Shown: positions 44,292 through 53,198 of the stretch, piece by piece
Layout of the letters: every line of letters begins with the position of its first letter
Position numbering within the stretch: position 1 is the first letter of the stretch
Assembly (NCBI GenBank): GCA_002869615.1
Contig: PKUH01000001.1
Coordinates: forward strand, 71,937 to 135,936
From: Desulfuromonas sp.
GTDB lineage: Bacteria; Desulfobacterota; Desulfuromonadia; Desulfuromonadales; UBA2294
Length of the DNA stretch: 64,000 nt
Direction of reading: 5' to 3'
Notes under the pieces: generated by a model
Databases searched by the model: none
Told to the model about the DNA's origin: nothing
Seen by the model: the letters and a program-made list of their open reading frames with translations, nothing else
Made by a program: the position numbers and the translations under genes

Positions 44292-44996
44292 CTATTTATC
44301 GATTGCATAGACGGCAGTAACCGTAGCCCGAACCGTAACATCGCTTGCTGAAAGGGGCGGAGCAATCGAGGCAACCGCTTTTTCGGCATACATCGCCCGC
44401 GGCGCGGCAACTGAAATCGAACGCGCGTCATCGAGACTCAGCGACACCAGTCTGCCGAGTTTGCCACCGCCGGCATCAACCAGAACCGTAGCATCCTCAT
44501 GCGCTTTCCTGGTCGCCACACGAATTGCTTCCTGTTGATACGAGCGTGGAGCCGAAAGCCCGAAGCGTAATCCGTTGACCCTGATTGCGCCGGCATCCAC
44601 CGCCGCCGCAATCAGCTTGCCAACCAGATCAAGCTTCAATGTTTGCACCAGAATCTGATTACTTACCCGGAACCCGATAATCTGCGGCCGGGTAAAATCT
44701 GACGACTTCCCTGAACGTTGACTCCAGAGAGGGTCAATCGTGAACTGCCCGGTCGTCATCTCTTTCCCGTCAAGACCGGTTCGCCGAAGTGCCGTCAGCA
44801 CTTTTTCCATCTGCTGACTGTTTTCACTCAGAATCTGTTCCGACGACTTTCCTTCAGTGATCAGGGCCAGGGTGAAGACCGCCTGATCTGCCGGGACACT
44901 CAATTCAGCAAGCCCACGGACCGTTACCGTCGCCTCAGCTAAACAGACCGCCGGAAGAAAAAGGAGAATCAGGATCAGGCACAAAAAACGCGGCAT
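44292..44996 (-). CDS. SIMPL-domain (DUF541) periplasmic protein
   Basis: A signal peptide is followed by TVTVRGLAELSVPADQAVFTLAL... and a C-terminal ...VTVRATVTAVYAI, the typical SIMPL layout. Confidence 0.7.
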   Translation of the reverse strand: MPRFLCLILILLFLPAVCLAEATVTVRGLAELSVPADQAVFTLALITEGKSSEQILSENSQQMEKVLTALRRTGLDGKEMTTGQFTIDPLWSQRSGKSSDFTRPQIIGFRVSNQILVQTLKLDLVGKLIAAAVDAGAIRVNGLRFGLSAPRSYQQEAIRVATRKAHEDATVLVDAGGGKLGRLVSLSLDDARSISVAAPRAMYAEKAVASIAPPLSASDVTVRATVTAVYAIDK

Positions 44997-45169
44997 AAAG
45001 GCACTCCTTCAAATTTGCTTTAACTTAAAAGATATCAGAGCGCTATGGGGTTTACAACCAGTTTAAAACATTTCAGAACTGCAAGGATTGGTTTTAAATC
45101 GTCGACTGGCGCCAGAATTCGCAAAATCGTTTTCTGACAATTAATTGATCGCGAACGATAGACAGGTTA

Positions 45170-45211
45170 GACAAAACAGGAAAGGGGACAACCTGCGGCC
45201 AGGTCATCCCC
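45170..45211 (-). terminator. candidate terminator of valS
   Basis: On the minus strand, GGGGATGACC pairs with GGTTGTCCCC (10 bp, two G-U pairs). The loop is 8 nt, followed by TTTCCTGTTTTG. Confidence 0.5.
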
Positions 45212-45255
45212 CTCATTTGCCATAAACTCAGGTCCCCGCTGTACAAGGAAAAGGA

Positions 45256-47910
45256 TTATTTCAGTTTAAGGATTTTGCCAAGGGAATCCTCGAGAATCGA
45301 CAGTTTCTCTCCGGCTTCCTGCAACTTGCCACGATCTTTCTCCAGAACCTGCGGCGGTGCATTAGCGACGAACTTCTCGTTTGCCAGTTTTTTAGTAAAG
45401 AAATCGACATCCTTCTGGACTTTGGCGATCTCTTTCTTGAGCCGTTTTTCTTCTTCCTCGATATCGACCAGGCCGGCCAGCGGCAAAAGGATTTCAACGT
45501 CGCCGGCAACCTGGGTTGCCGACTGTTCCGGTTTATCGAGCCCGATGCCCATCTTGAGTTCCCCGGTACGGGCCAGTGAGCGGATATAACCCTGGCCACC
45601 CTCGAGGATGGCCAGGGAGATATCGCTTTTGCAATCGAGAAGGGCTTTAATCTGCCGGCTCGGGGCAACATCCATCTCACCCCTGATGTTCCGGATACCG
45701 CGAATAACATTCATGATAAGTTCCATCCGGTCGGCCCCCTCGGTATCGGCCGGCAGGTCACTGTCCGGATACTCTGCCTGCATGATAAAGTCTACCGACT
45801 TTTGTCCCGGCAGTGCCTGCCAGATCTCCTCGGTGATAAATGGCATCAATGGATGGAGAAGCCGCAACAGCCGCTCGAGGACGACGTATAAAACAGACTG
45901 GGCCCGCTTTTTCACTCCGGAGTCGTCACCGTACAGATCATCCTTGATCAACTCGATGTACCAGTCACAGAACTCGTGCCAGGTAAAACTGTAGAGAACC
46001 GAGGCGGCATCATTGAACTTGTAATCCTTCAGGGCACCATCAAGCTTTGCCGTCATCTCGTTGAGACGGGTCAGAATCCAGCGATCGGCTAACGAGAGTT
46101 CATGTTCAGACAGATCGATATCGGCCGGATCGAAGCCATCGAGATTCATCAGGGCGAAGCGGCTGGCATTCCAGAGCTTGTTGGCAAAATTGCGGTAGCC
46201 GGCGATGCGGTCGGTCGAAAGTTTAATGTCGCGACCCATCGCCGCAAAAGCGGTCAGGGTAAACCGGAAGGCGTCAGCACCATAATCATCGATGACATGC
46301 AGCGGATCGATGACGTTGCCTTTACTCTTGCTCATCTTCTGCCCTTCGGCATCACGAACCAGGGCGTGGATATAGACGTCCTTGAATGGAACAACGTCCA
46401 TAAACTTGAGCCCCATCATCATCATCCGGGCAACCCAGAAGAAGAGAATATCGAAGCCGGTCACCAGGCAGCTGGTCGGATAAAACTTTGCCAGGGTTTC
46501 GGTCTGCTCCGGCCAGCCCATGGTCGAAAAGGGCCAAAGTGCCGATGAGAACCAGGTGTCGAGGACATCGGTCTCCTGATGCAGGTTCCTGCTACCGCAG
46601 CTGCTGCATTCAGTAACTTCCTCACGCGAAACTGAAATCTGCTCACAGTCGTCACAGAACCAGGCCGGGATGCGATGGCCCCACCAGATCTGCCGACTGA
46701 TGCACCAGTCCTGAATATTGAGCATCCAGTCGTAATAGGTCTTTTCCCACTGCTCCGGAACAATCCGGGTATCCCCCTGCCGAACCGCCTTGATCGCTTC
46801 CTCGGCCAGCGGCTTGACACTGACATACCACTGTTTGCTCATAAACGGCTCGATAACCGTCCGGCAGCGATAGCACTCGCCTACCGAATTACCGTAGTCC
46901 TCGATCCTGTCAAGCAGATCACGCGCTTCGAGGTCGGCGACAACATTGGCCCGGGCCTCGTAGCGTTCCTGGCCGTGATAAGAACCACCATTTTCATTGA
47001 CCACCCCCGACTCGTCGAGGATGTTGATAAATTCGAGATCATGTCGCTTGCCGATCTCGAAGTCATTGAAGTCATGGGCCGGGGTAATCTTCACCACCCC
47101 TGAACCGAACTCGCTGTCAACGTACTCGTCTGCAATGATCGGGATTTCACGATCGACCAGCGGCAGCATCACCTTACCGCCGATCAGGTCGGCATATCGT
47201 TCATCTTCCGGGTGGACCGCAACGGCGGTATCGCCGAGCATGGTTTCGGGGCGGGTGGTCGCGACGACGATAAAGCGGTCGGCACCGATCACCGGATAAC
47301 GCAGGTGCCAGAGGTGCCCACGTTTTTCTTCGTGCTCGACTTCAAGATCGGAAAGCGCTGTGTGGCAACGCGGGCACCAGTTGATCAAACGGTTGTCGCG
47401 GTAGATCAGACCATCTTCATAGAGCCGGACAAAGACTTCGCGAACCGCCGTCGATAACCCTTCGTCCATGGTGAAGCGTTCGCGTTCCCAGTCGCAGGAG
47501 GCGCCAAGTCTTTTAAGTTGTTCGATAATCTTGCCGCCCGATTCCTCGCGCCACTGCCAGACCCGCTCGATAAACTTTTCACGACCGAGAGCATGCCGGT
47601 CGTTGCCCGCTGCGGCGAGCTGTTTTTCAACCACATTCTGGGTCGCAATCCCGGCGTGATCGGTTCCCGGCATCCAGAGGACCTCGCAGCCGCACATTCT
47701 TTTCCAACGGGCGAGAACATCCTGCAGGGTATTATTGAGGGCATGGCCCATATGCAGAACGCCGGTAACATTAGGCGGCGGAATGACAATTGAATATCCT
47801 TCATCGCCGCTCTTTTCGTTGGCGTGGAACAAGCCTGACTCTTCCCAGGCCATGTACCATTTCTTTTCAACGTCATGCGGTTCATAGCCTTTCGGCAGAT
47901 TTTCTTCCAT
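45256..47910 (-). CDS. valS: valine--tRNA ligase
   Basis: An 884-aa class I aaRS with HIGH-type PNVTGVLHMGHAL and KMSKS (QKMSKSKGN). It has the C-terminal coiled-coil typical of ValRS. Confidence 0.95.
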   Translation of the reverse strand: MEENLPKGYEPHDVEKKWYMAWEESGLFHANEKSGDEGYSIVIPPPNVTGVLHMGHALNNTLQDVLARWKRMCGCEVLWMPGTDHAGIATQNVVEKQLAAAGNDRHALGREKFIERVWQWREESGGKIIEQLKRLGASCDWERERFTMDEGLSTAVREVFVRLYEDGLIYRDNRLINWCPRCHTALSDLEVEHEEKRGHLWHLRYPVIGADRFIVVATTRPETMLGDTAVAVHPEDERYADLIGGKVMLPLVDREIPIIADEYVDSEFGSGVVKITPAHDFNDFEIGKRHDLEFINILDESGVVNENGGSYHGQERYEARANVVADLEARDLLDRIEDYGNSVGECYRCRTVIEPFMSKQWYVSVKPLAEEAIKAVRQGDTRIVPEQWEKTYYDWMLNIQDWCISRQIWWGHRIPAWFCDDCEQISVSREEVTECSSCGSRNLHQETDVLDTWFSSALWPFSTMGWPEQTETLAKFYPTSCLVTGFDILFFWVARMMMMGLKFMDVVPFKDVYIHALVRDAEGQKMSKSKGNVIDPLHVIDDYGADAFRFTLTAFAAMGRDIKLSTDRIAGYRNFANKLWNASRFALMNLDGFDPADIDLSEHELSLADRWILTRLNEMTAKLDGALKDYKFNDAASVLYSFTWHEFCDWYIELIKDDLYGDDSGVKKRAQSVLYVVLERLLRLLHPLMPFITEEIWQALPGQKSVDFIMQAEYPDSDLPADTEGADRMELIMNVIRGIRNIRGEMDVAPSRQIKALLDCKSDISLAILEGGQGYIRSLARTGELKMGIGLDKPEQSATQVAGDVEILLPLAGLVDIEEEEKRLKKEIAKVQKDVDFFTKKLANEKFVANAPPQVLEKDRGKLQEAGEKLSILEDSLGKILKLK

Positions 47911-47950
47911 CTCGATTCCTGTTCCCTGTGCGGCCGTTGCCGCCGTTAAT

Positions 47951-47993
47951 CAATAAAACAAAAGAAATGGGGACCGAAGGCTTCCCCATTTCT
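47951..47993 (-). terminator. rho-independent terminator of the CheW-like/REC operon
   Basis: AGAAATGGGGA (47963-73) pairs with TCCCCATTTCT (47983-93) in a perfect 11-bp stem with a 9-nt loop. The minus strand continues TTTTGTTTTATT. Confidence 0.75.
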
Positions 47994-48028
47994 CGAAAAC
48001 ATGTTGCGAAAATGTGTATGCCCTTGCG

Positions 48029-48991
48029 TCAGGCGCCACTCTTGAGCTTGCGGATTTCATCCTTGATCAGATTTTCTGCAAGATCAGGGACGACTTCCCA
48101 TGCAATTTTTTCAAGAACAGCACCGGCGACCCTTTCGACGACAACCTGCAGATCGGCCTCCGACATGCCGGCGACCTGGGCTTCAATATTCCCGGCCGGC
48201 GCTGCCGGCTGAGATGACGGTGCCGGCGCGGCTGGCTGGACCGGAGGGGGGGTCGGTTGCACCGGTGGTGCAGGTTGTGCCGGCGCTGCAGGCGTTTCCG
48301 GCGGCGCCGGTGGAGTCGGCTCAACTGCCACTACTTCCGGTTCGGCCATCTCGATAGCATCACCGGTATCAGCCCATACATCGGAGGTATCGGCAGCCTC
48401 AGCGCCGGTCCCATCATCAATGATAAAATCCGATTCATCTTCAAAAACCTGGGGTTCAACAGCCTCGGTCGGGGCCGCAGCCGGAGTTTCGTCAAAAGAA
48501 ACATCGCCCCAGTCGTCCGGTTCACTTGCAGTCGGGGCGGCGGGTTGCGGCGGGGCCGGGGCGGCGGGTTGCGCAGGCGGTGCCTGGGCCGGTGCGGCCG
48601 GTTGGGCCGGAGCCGCAGCAGGAGCGCCACCAAGCAATTCCTCCACTTTCCCGATGAGTGCCTGCGATTCAAACGGCTTTGATATCCAGCCGTTGGCTCC
48701 GGAACTGACTGCTTTTTCCTCGTCAAACGGTTCGAATGTTCCGGTCAGAAGAAGCACCGGGACATTCTGCAGATTCGGATCCTGCTTGACGGCGGCACAG
48801 AGTTCATAGCCATTTTTCCCCGGCATGAAAACATCAGCCATTATCAAATCGGGCTTATTTCCCTGTGCTTTTTGCAGAGCGGCATCACCATTATCAACAA
48901 TCGTCAGGTCGTAATCTTCATGGGCAAATGTGATCCCGATGACCTTCTGGATTGTAATACTGTCGTCTGCCAACAACAGTTTCTTGCTCAT
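48029..48991 (-). CDS. CheY-like response regulator with a long Pro/Ala-rich and acidic disordered linker and a small conserved-looking C-terminal helical domain
   Basis: The REC motifs are LLADDS, DLIMADVFMPGKNG and WISKPF. Two PA-rich tracts (PAQPAAPAQAPPAQPAAPAPPQPAAP and PAAPAQPAPPVQPTPPPVQPAAPAP) flank an acidic segment. The C-terminus is ...VVERVAGAVLEKIAWEVVPDLAENLIKDEIRKLK. Confidence 0.8.
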   Translation of the reverse strand: MSKKLLLADDSITIQKVIGITFAHEDYDLTIVDNGDAALQKAQGNKPDLIMADVFMPGKNGYELCAAVKQDPNLQNVPVLLLTGTFEPFDEEKAVSSGANGWISKPFESQALIGKVEELLGGAPAAAPAQPAAPAQAPPAQPAAPAPPQPAAPTASEPDDWGDVSFDETPAAAPTEAVEPQVFEDESDFIIDDGTGAEAADTSDVWADTGDAIEMAEPEVVAVEPTPPAPPETPAAPAQPAPPVQPTPPPVQPAAPAPSSQPAAPAGNIEAQVAGMSEADLQVVVERVAGAVLEKIAWEVVPDLAENLIKDEIRKLKSGA

Positions 48992-49029
48992 TCATGCCTC
49001 CTTGGCGCTACCTCAGCACCGACGTCCTA

Positions 49030-49449
49030 TTAGATGGATAGAAGAGTCAGCAGGTTGTCAATATCGAGAACCGGGTACCTGAAGTTCAGATATTCGAAAA
49101 ACTGACTGGCAACGACCGACTCTTCTTCGTACGTTGCGGCAATAAATTTACCGTCAACGGCATCGACTATCTTTACGGCCGATTCGACCGGAAGTCCAAC
49201 GACACCGTAATCACTCTGGTAGATGATCGTAAAACTGTTCGTACCGGCCTTGTAGGGACCAAGATCGGACAGGATATCTGCTGAAATCAGCGGGACAATT
49301 TCTTCAGCAAAAAGAAAAACCCCCGCGAGACCCCGACAAAGCCGAACCAGCGGATAAGCAACCGGTTCCTGCAGAATATGCCTGATCCGCTCTACCGGCA
49401 ATGAAAAATTACGGCCGGCGAACATCAATAGAGCAACTTTATCGCTCAT
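49030..49449 (-). CDS. CheW-like single-domain protein
   Basis: The 139-aa protein reads LLMFAGRNFSLPVERIRHIL...LAGVFLFAEEIVPLI...FTIIYQSDYGVVGLPVESAVKIV, which fits the CheW-domain pattern. Its start overlaps the upstream stop (ATGA). Confidence 0.6.
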   Translation of the reverse strand: MSDKVALLMFAGRNFSLPVERIRHILQEPVAYPLVRLCRGLAGVFLFAEEIVPLISADILSDLGPYKAGTNSFTIIYQSDYGVVGLPVESAVKIVDAVDGKFIAATYEEESVVASQFFEYLNFRYPVLDIDNLLTLLSI

Positions 49450-49913
49450 CCGGCGCCTCCGGCCTGCTCAATTGCCAGTGGTTCAAATCCTATCAGCGGC
49501 TCGGAACGCCAGAGATGCAACGACTGATATGGGAGGTCCCCGTTCATCCGCAAAAGCAGGGGGACTTCATGCAGCACAAACTCTTCGGCCGAAAAGATCC
49601 CTTCAATTTTGTCGACCGGCATAGCCCAGGCTCCGTCAGAGCCATTGACGACAATGTAAGCAGTCTCATACGCTTCCGGAACCGGCAGTCCGACCCGATG
49701 CCGAATATTGATCGCATGGATCGCTTCATCCCGGTAGGCCAACAATCCGAGCAGGCCGATTTCCGGATCAGCAGCAGAGCGGTCAAGCACGCCTGCTCCG
49801 GCTTCACGAATTTCAACCAGATCCTCAAGTGACAATACGAACCCGACACCGGCAATACGAAACACGAGCCTCTTGTCTGCCACTTCGGTCATCCGTTCAT
49901 TGAACCCGTGCAT
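49446..49913 (-). CDS. CheW-like single-domain protein
   Basis: The 155-aa protein reads LVFRIAGVGFVLSLEDLVEIRE...LLGLLAYRDEAIHAINIRHRVGLP...YIVVNGSDGAWAMPVDKIEGI, which fits the CheW-domain pattern. Confidence 0.6.
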   Translation of the reverse strand: MHGFNERMTEVADKRLVFRIAGVGFVLSLEDLVEIREAGAGVLDRSAADPEIGLLGLLAYRDEAIHAINIRHRVGLPVPEAYETAYIVVNGSDGAWAMPVDKIEGIFSAEEFVLHEVPLLLRMNGDLPYQSLHLWRSEPLIGFEPLAIEQAGGAG

Positions 49914-49950
49914 ATGCCCCTTGAGACAAAAGTCATTAAACTCTTAGGTA

Positions 49951-49978
49951 ATTATCATATCTGAAGCAAAAGTGTCAA
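49951..49978 (-). promoter_or_regulatory. strong candidate sigma70 promoter of the CheW-like/REC operon
   Basis: On the minus strand, TTGACA (49978-49973), a 16-nt spacer, then GATAAT (49956-49951), about 38 nt upstream of the ATG at 49913. Confidence 0.5.
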
Positions 49979-50015
49979 GGTTCGCAAGACAAATAACATT
50001 TGCTATTCTGCGCAG

Positions 50016-51056
50016 TTAGACGACGCTCCAGGGTCTGGGGAGAAAGATGTCACTATAAAGATTCAAGGCAAAGCGATCTGTCATCCCGGCGATAAAATCG
50101 GCAATCACGATTTCAATCTTTTCATCCCCTCTCTGGCGGCAACCATAACGGTAAAGGGCATCCTCGTTTTTCAGAAAATACCGAAAAAGTTCACGCAAAA
50201 TATGCGATGCTTTTTCGAAACCATCATTGACCGTTTTAACCAGATAGACGTGCCTGAACAACCAATCCCGCAAAACGATCACGGCATTATCTATTTCCGG
50301 AGAAAAACGGATAACCGCATCACCATTCTCCATGGAAAGTCTGATAATATCCCCGATCATTGTATCAAGCCAGTCACAATTCGCCGCACCGAGAACCTCC
50401 CTGACCGTTTCCGGCAGTTCTGATTCACGAATAAGCTCGGCCCGCAGTGCATCATCGAGATCGTGATGAACATAAGCGATAATATCGGCAAACCGGACAA
50501 TCTGTCCTTCCAGCGTCGACGGCAGGCTATCCGGATCAACATCACTGAGCGCTCCGCGCCCCTTTGAGTGTTTACGGATGCCATCCAGGACCTCTGCACT
50601 CAGGTTCAGTCCGGAGCCGTCGTTTTCAAGATACTCGACAACTCGCTGGCTCTGGCGAACATGATGAAACCCCCCGGGGGTCAGTTCATTGAGAACCCGC
50701 TCCCCGGCGTGTCCAAACGGAGTGTGCCCGAGGTCATGACCAAGCGCGATCGCTTCTGTCAGGTCTTCATTGAGGGAAAGCGCCCGGGCGATAGTACGGG
50801 CAATCTGCGAAACTTCCAGAGTGTGGGTCAAGCGGGTTCGATAATGATCGCCTTCAGGTGAGAGAAATACCTGGGTTTTGTATTTCAACCGACGAAAAGA
50901 CTTGCAATGAAGAATACGGTCACGATCAACCTGAAAGGCGGTCCGCATCGTACAGGGCTCCTCAGCTACGATCCGCCCATTACTGGTAGAACTGAAAGCG
51001 GCATTCCCTGCAAGTACCTTCCGTTCACGCTCTTCGAGAAGCTGACGAATTTCCAT
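50016..51056 (-). CDS. dgt: dGTP triphosphohydrolase-like HD-domain protein (short Dgt family)
   Basis: RTRLTHTLEVSQIARTIARAL...ALGHDLGHTPFGHAGE is the HD motif. The protein is 346 aa. Confidence 0.85.
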   Translation of the reverse strand: MEIRQLLEERERKVLAGNAAFSSTSNGRIVAEEPCTMRTAFQVDRDRILHCKSFRRLKYKTQVFLSPEGDHYRTRLTHTLEVSQIARTIARALSLNEDLTEAIALGHDLGHTPFGHAGERVLNELTPGGFHHVRQSQRVVEYLENDGSGLNLSAEVLDGIRKHSKGRGALSDVDPDSLPSTLEGQIVRFADIIAYVHHDLDDALRAELIRESELPETVREVLGAANCDWLDTMIGDIIRLSMENGDAVIRFSPEIDNAVIVLRDWLFRHVYLVKTVNDGFEKASHILRELFRYFLKNEDALYRYGCRQRGDEKIEIVIADFIAGMTDRFALNLYSDIFLPRPWSVV

Positions 51057-51183
51057 CCCTAACCCTCACCTATTTCTTCTGTTTTTCCAAACAGATAGAG
51101 TTTAACAGACTCGCTGAATACTTGAAAGAAAAAGAGTCGCACCGCGCCTGATACGACCACACTGTTGATCGACACAATTCCAC

Positions 51184-51212
51184 TTGACCATTGATGTTAG
51201 CGAGAATAGAAT
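51184..51212 (+). promoter_or_regulatory. candidate sigma70 promoter of the PilZ gene
   Basis: TTGACC (51184-89), a 17-nt spacer, then TAGAAT (51207-12). The ORF-track start at 51184 is actually this -35 box. Confidence 0.5.
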
Positions 51213-51237
51213 CACACTTCGCAAAAGAGGTGTGGTT

Positions 51238-51993
51238 TTGAAAAGAATACTGATCTGTGACCAGAGAAATGAATTACTGTCGACCCTGGAAATCATACTG
51301 AAAAACTGGGGTTACAGGGCATTGCCGATTTCAGACAGCAATGAATTCAAATCGATGATGAAGGAACTCGAGCCCGAGTTGATCATATCCGGGCCGGGAT
51401 TCATCACCGAAAAAGGTGTCGCAAAAATCCTTAAAGAATCAAAGGCTCCGTTTATTCTGGTCAACGATTCCTCCATTGAAGCCGAAACACTCAAGGCGAC
51501 CGAGGAACTCGACTACCCTGTTGATATTTTCAGACTCTTTGAGTTGACCCAGAAATATCTTGAAAAAATTCCGCGGCGCAACATCCGTCTCAAAGTTCAA
51601 TTGCCAGGCATGTATTATTGCGGTGAATCACCCTGTATTGCCGAGATTATCAGCCTGAGTGCCGAAGGGCTTTTTTTTCGCACCGGCTCTCGTATCGATG
51701 GCCCTGATAATGTCCAGATCGTCCTCCCTCTTCTCGGCATGCAAAAAGAGCTTGAAATCAAGGGCCGTATTGTCTATCGGGTTGAACCTCAGGCCGGGAA
51801 CAATTACCTGCAGGGGATGGGGATCGAATTCATTGACATTGCCGCCGACACGGAGAAGCTGCTCAGACAATACGTCGAGAACCTGCTGATGACCGAGTTA
51901 AGCGACAAAAGCTATGCCCAGGACACGCTCGATATAGAGCAATTGCAGAGCCGGTCTACGGAATTGACCTTGAAAATCAACCCTATCGACTGA
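51238..51993 (+). CDS. pseudo-receiver plus PilZ domain protein (probable c-di-GMP binding)
   Basis: The TTG start at 51238 is preceded by AAGAGG (51225-30) at 7 nt. The N-terminal CheY-like fold (KRILICDQ...) has Ser where the phospho-Asp is expected (PELIISGPG). The C-terminal PilZ has RRNIR and ISLSAEG motifs. Confidence 0.7.
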   Translation: MKRILICDQRNELLSTLEIILKNWGYRALPISDSNEFKSMMKELEPELIISGPGFITEKGVAKILKESKAPFILVNDSSIEAETLKATEELDYPVDIFRLFELTQKYLEKIPRRNIRLKVQLPGMYYCGESPCIAEIISLSAEGLFFRTGSRIDGPDNVQIVLPLLGMQKELEIKGRIVYRVEPQAGNNYLQGMGIEFIDIAADTEKLLRQYVENLLMTELSDKSYAQDTLDIEQLQSRSTELTLKINPID

Positions 51994-52010
51994 TCCTTCA
52001 AATGCTTTCC

Positions 52011-53198
52011 CTATAACTGTCTGATAACACTCTTGCCGACCGGCCAACCGGTGCCAAACGCCTCGGCGATGGTTGCCGCAACATCACAGAAACTGTTCCG
52101 AACGCCAAGCGATATCCCTTCCTGCAGATTCCGGTGCCAGGCCAGAAGAGGAACATACTCCCTCGAATGATCGGTGCCGGACGTCGTCGGATCACAACCG
52201 TGATCAGCGGTCAACAGAAGTAAATCATCATCATTCATCGCCGCTTTCAGCTCCGGCAACCAGCGGTTGAATTCAGCCAACGCATCGGCAAAACCGGCCG
52301 CGTCGAGCCGATGGCCATAAAGCATGTCGAAATCGACCAGGTTGGCAAAAACAAGGGCTCTTCCGGATTCGGAGAGCAGATCAATGATCTGTGCCATGCC
52401 ATCACGATTATCACGGGTCGGCAACGTAGCGGCGATTCCGCAGCCGGCAAAAATATCAGAAATCTTGCCGATGCCTTTGACCGGAATCCCTGTTTCGACC
52501 AGATGATCAAGAAGGGTCGGAGCCGGTGGCGGCATTGAAAAATCGTGGCGGCGATGGGTCCGTTTGAAATTAACAGCCGAAGTACCGGTAAAAGGTCGGG
52601 CAATCACCCGGCCGACCCGGAAGGGATCGAGAAGATCCCGGGCAGACCGGCAGATCGCATAGAGTTCCCCGGGCGGGACAACATCCTCGTGAGCAGCGAT
52701 CTGAAATACCGAATCGACGCTGGTATAGACTATCAGTCGGCCGGTCCGGAGATGCTCTTCGCCTAGTTCGCGCAGAATATCGGTGCCACTGGCTGCAATA
52801 TTGCCCAGTACCGGTTTCCCGACCATCTTTTCGAACGGTTCCATTATTTCGGGCGGGAATCCAAGCGGAAACGTTGCAAAAGGTTCAACCGTAGGCAGAC
52901 CGGCCAGTTCCCAATGGCCGGTTGTCGTATCCTTGCCGCAGGAGATTTCGGCCATCTTCCCCCAGGCCGCTTCTGGTCGCGGCACCGGCTCAAGGCCCGG
53001 AGTCGGGCAGATATTGCCGAGGCCCAATTGCTTGAGATGCGGAACATCCAATCCATTAACAGCTTCAGCAACATGCCGCAAGGTATTGGCATCGGCATCG
53101 CCGAAGCAGGCGGCATCGGGAAGCGCGCCAACGCCGACGCCATCGAGAACGATCAGGATTACCCGGGAAAAACGTTCAGGAGCCATGGCTTCTGGCAT
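52011..53198 (-). CDS. deoB: phosphopentomutase
   Basis: RVILIVLDGVGVGALPDA... is the metal-binding N-terminus, and ...LLLTADHGCDPT is the C-terminal motif. The start is ATG 53198, alternatively 53186. The ORF-track start at 53225 is less likely. Confidence 0.9.
   Translation of the reverse strand: MPEAMAPERFSRVILIVLDGVGVGALPDAACFGDADANTLRHVAEAVNGLDVPHLKQLGLGNICPTPGLEPVPRPEAAWGKMAEISCGKDTTTGHWELAGLPTVEPFATFPLGFPPEIMEPFEKMVGKPVLGNIAASGTDILRELGEEHLRTGRLIVYTSVDSVFQIAAHEDVVPPGELYAICRSARDLLDPFRVGRVIARPFTGTSAVNFKRTHRRHDFSMPPPAPTLLDHLVETGIPVKGIGKISDIFAGCGIAATLPTRDNRDGMAQIIDLLSESGRALVFANLVDFDMLYGHRLDAAGFADALAEFNRWLPELKAAMNDDDLLLLTADHGCDPTTSGTDHSREYVPLLAWHRNLQEGISLGVRNSFCDVAATIAEAFGTGWPVGKSVIRQL

Noticed and set aside
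48180-48640. Repetitive GC-rich DNA (GCCGGGGCGGCGGGTTGCG-like units) that at first glance resembles a tandem-repeat array.
   Set aside because: It is the coding sequence for the Pro/Ala-rich linkers of the response regulator. The repeats are imperfect, lack a spacer/repeat periodicity and stay in frame.
50016-51056. The dGTPase-like gene as an anti-phage nucleotide-depletion defence gene.
   Set aside because: It is the common short Dgt-type housekeeping paralogue, in a core-genome context with no mobile-element or defence-island neighbours.
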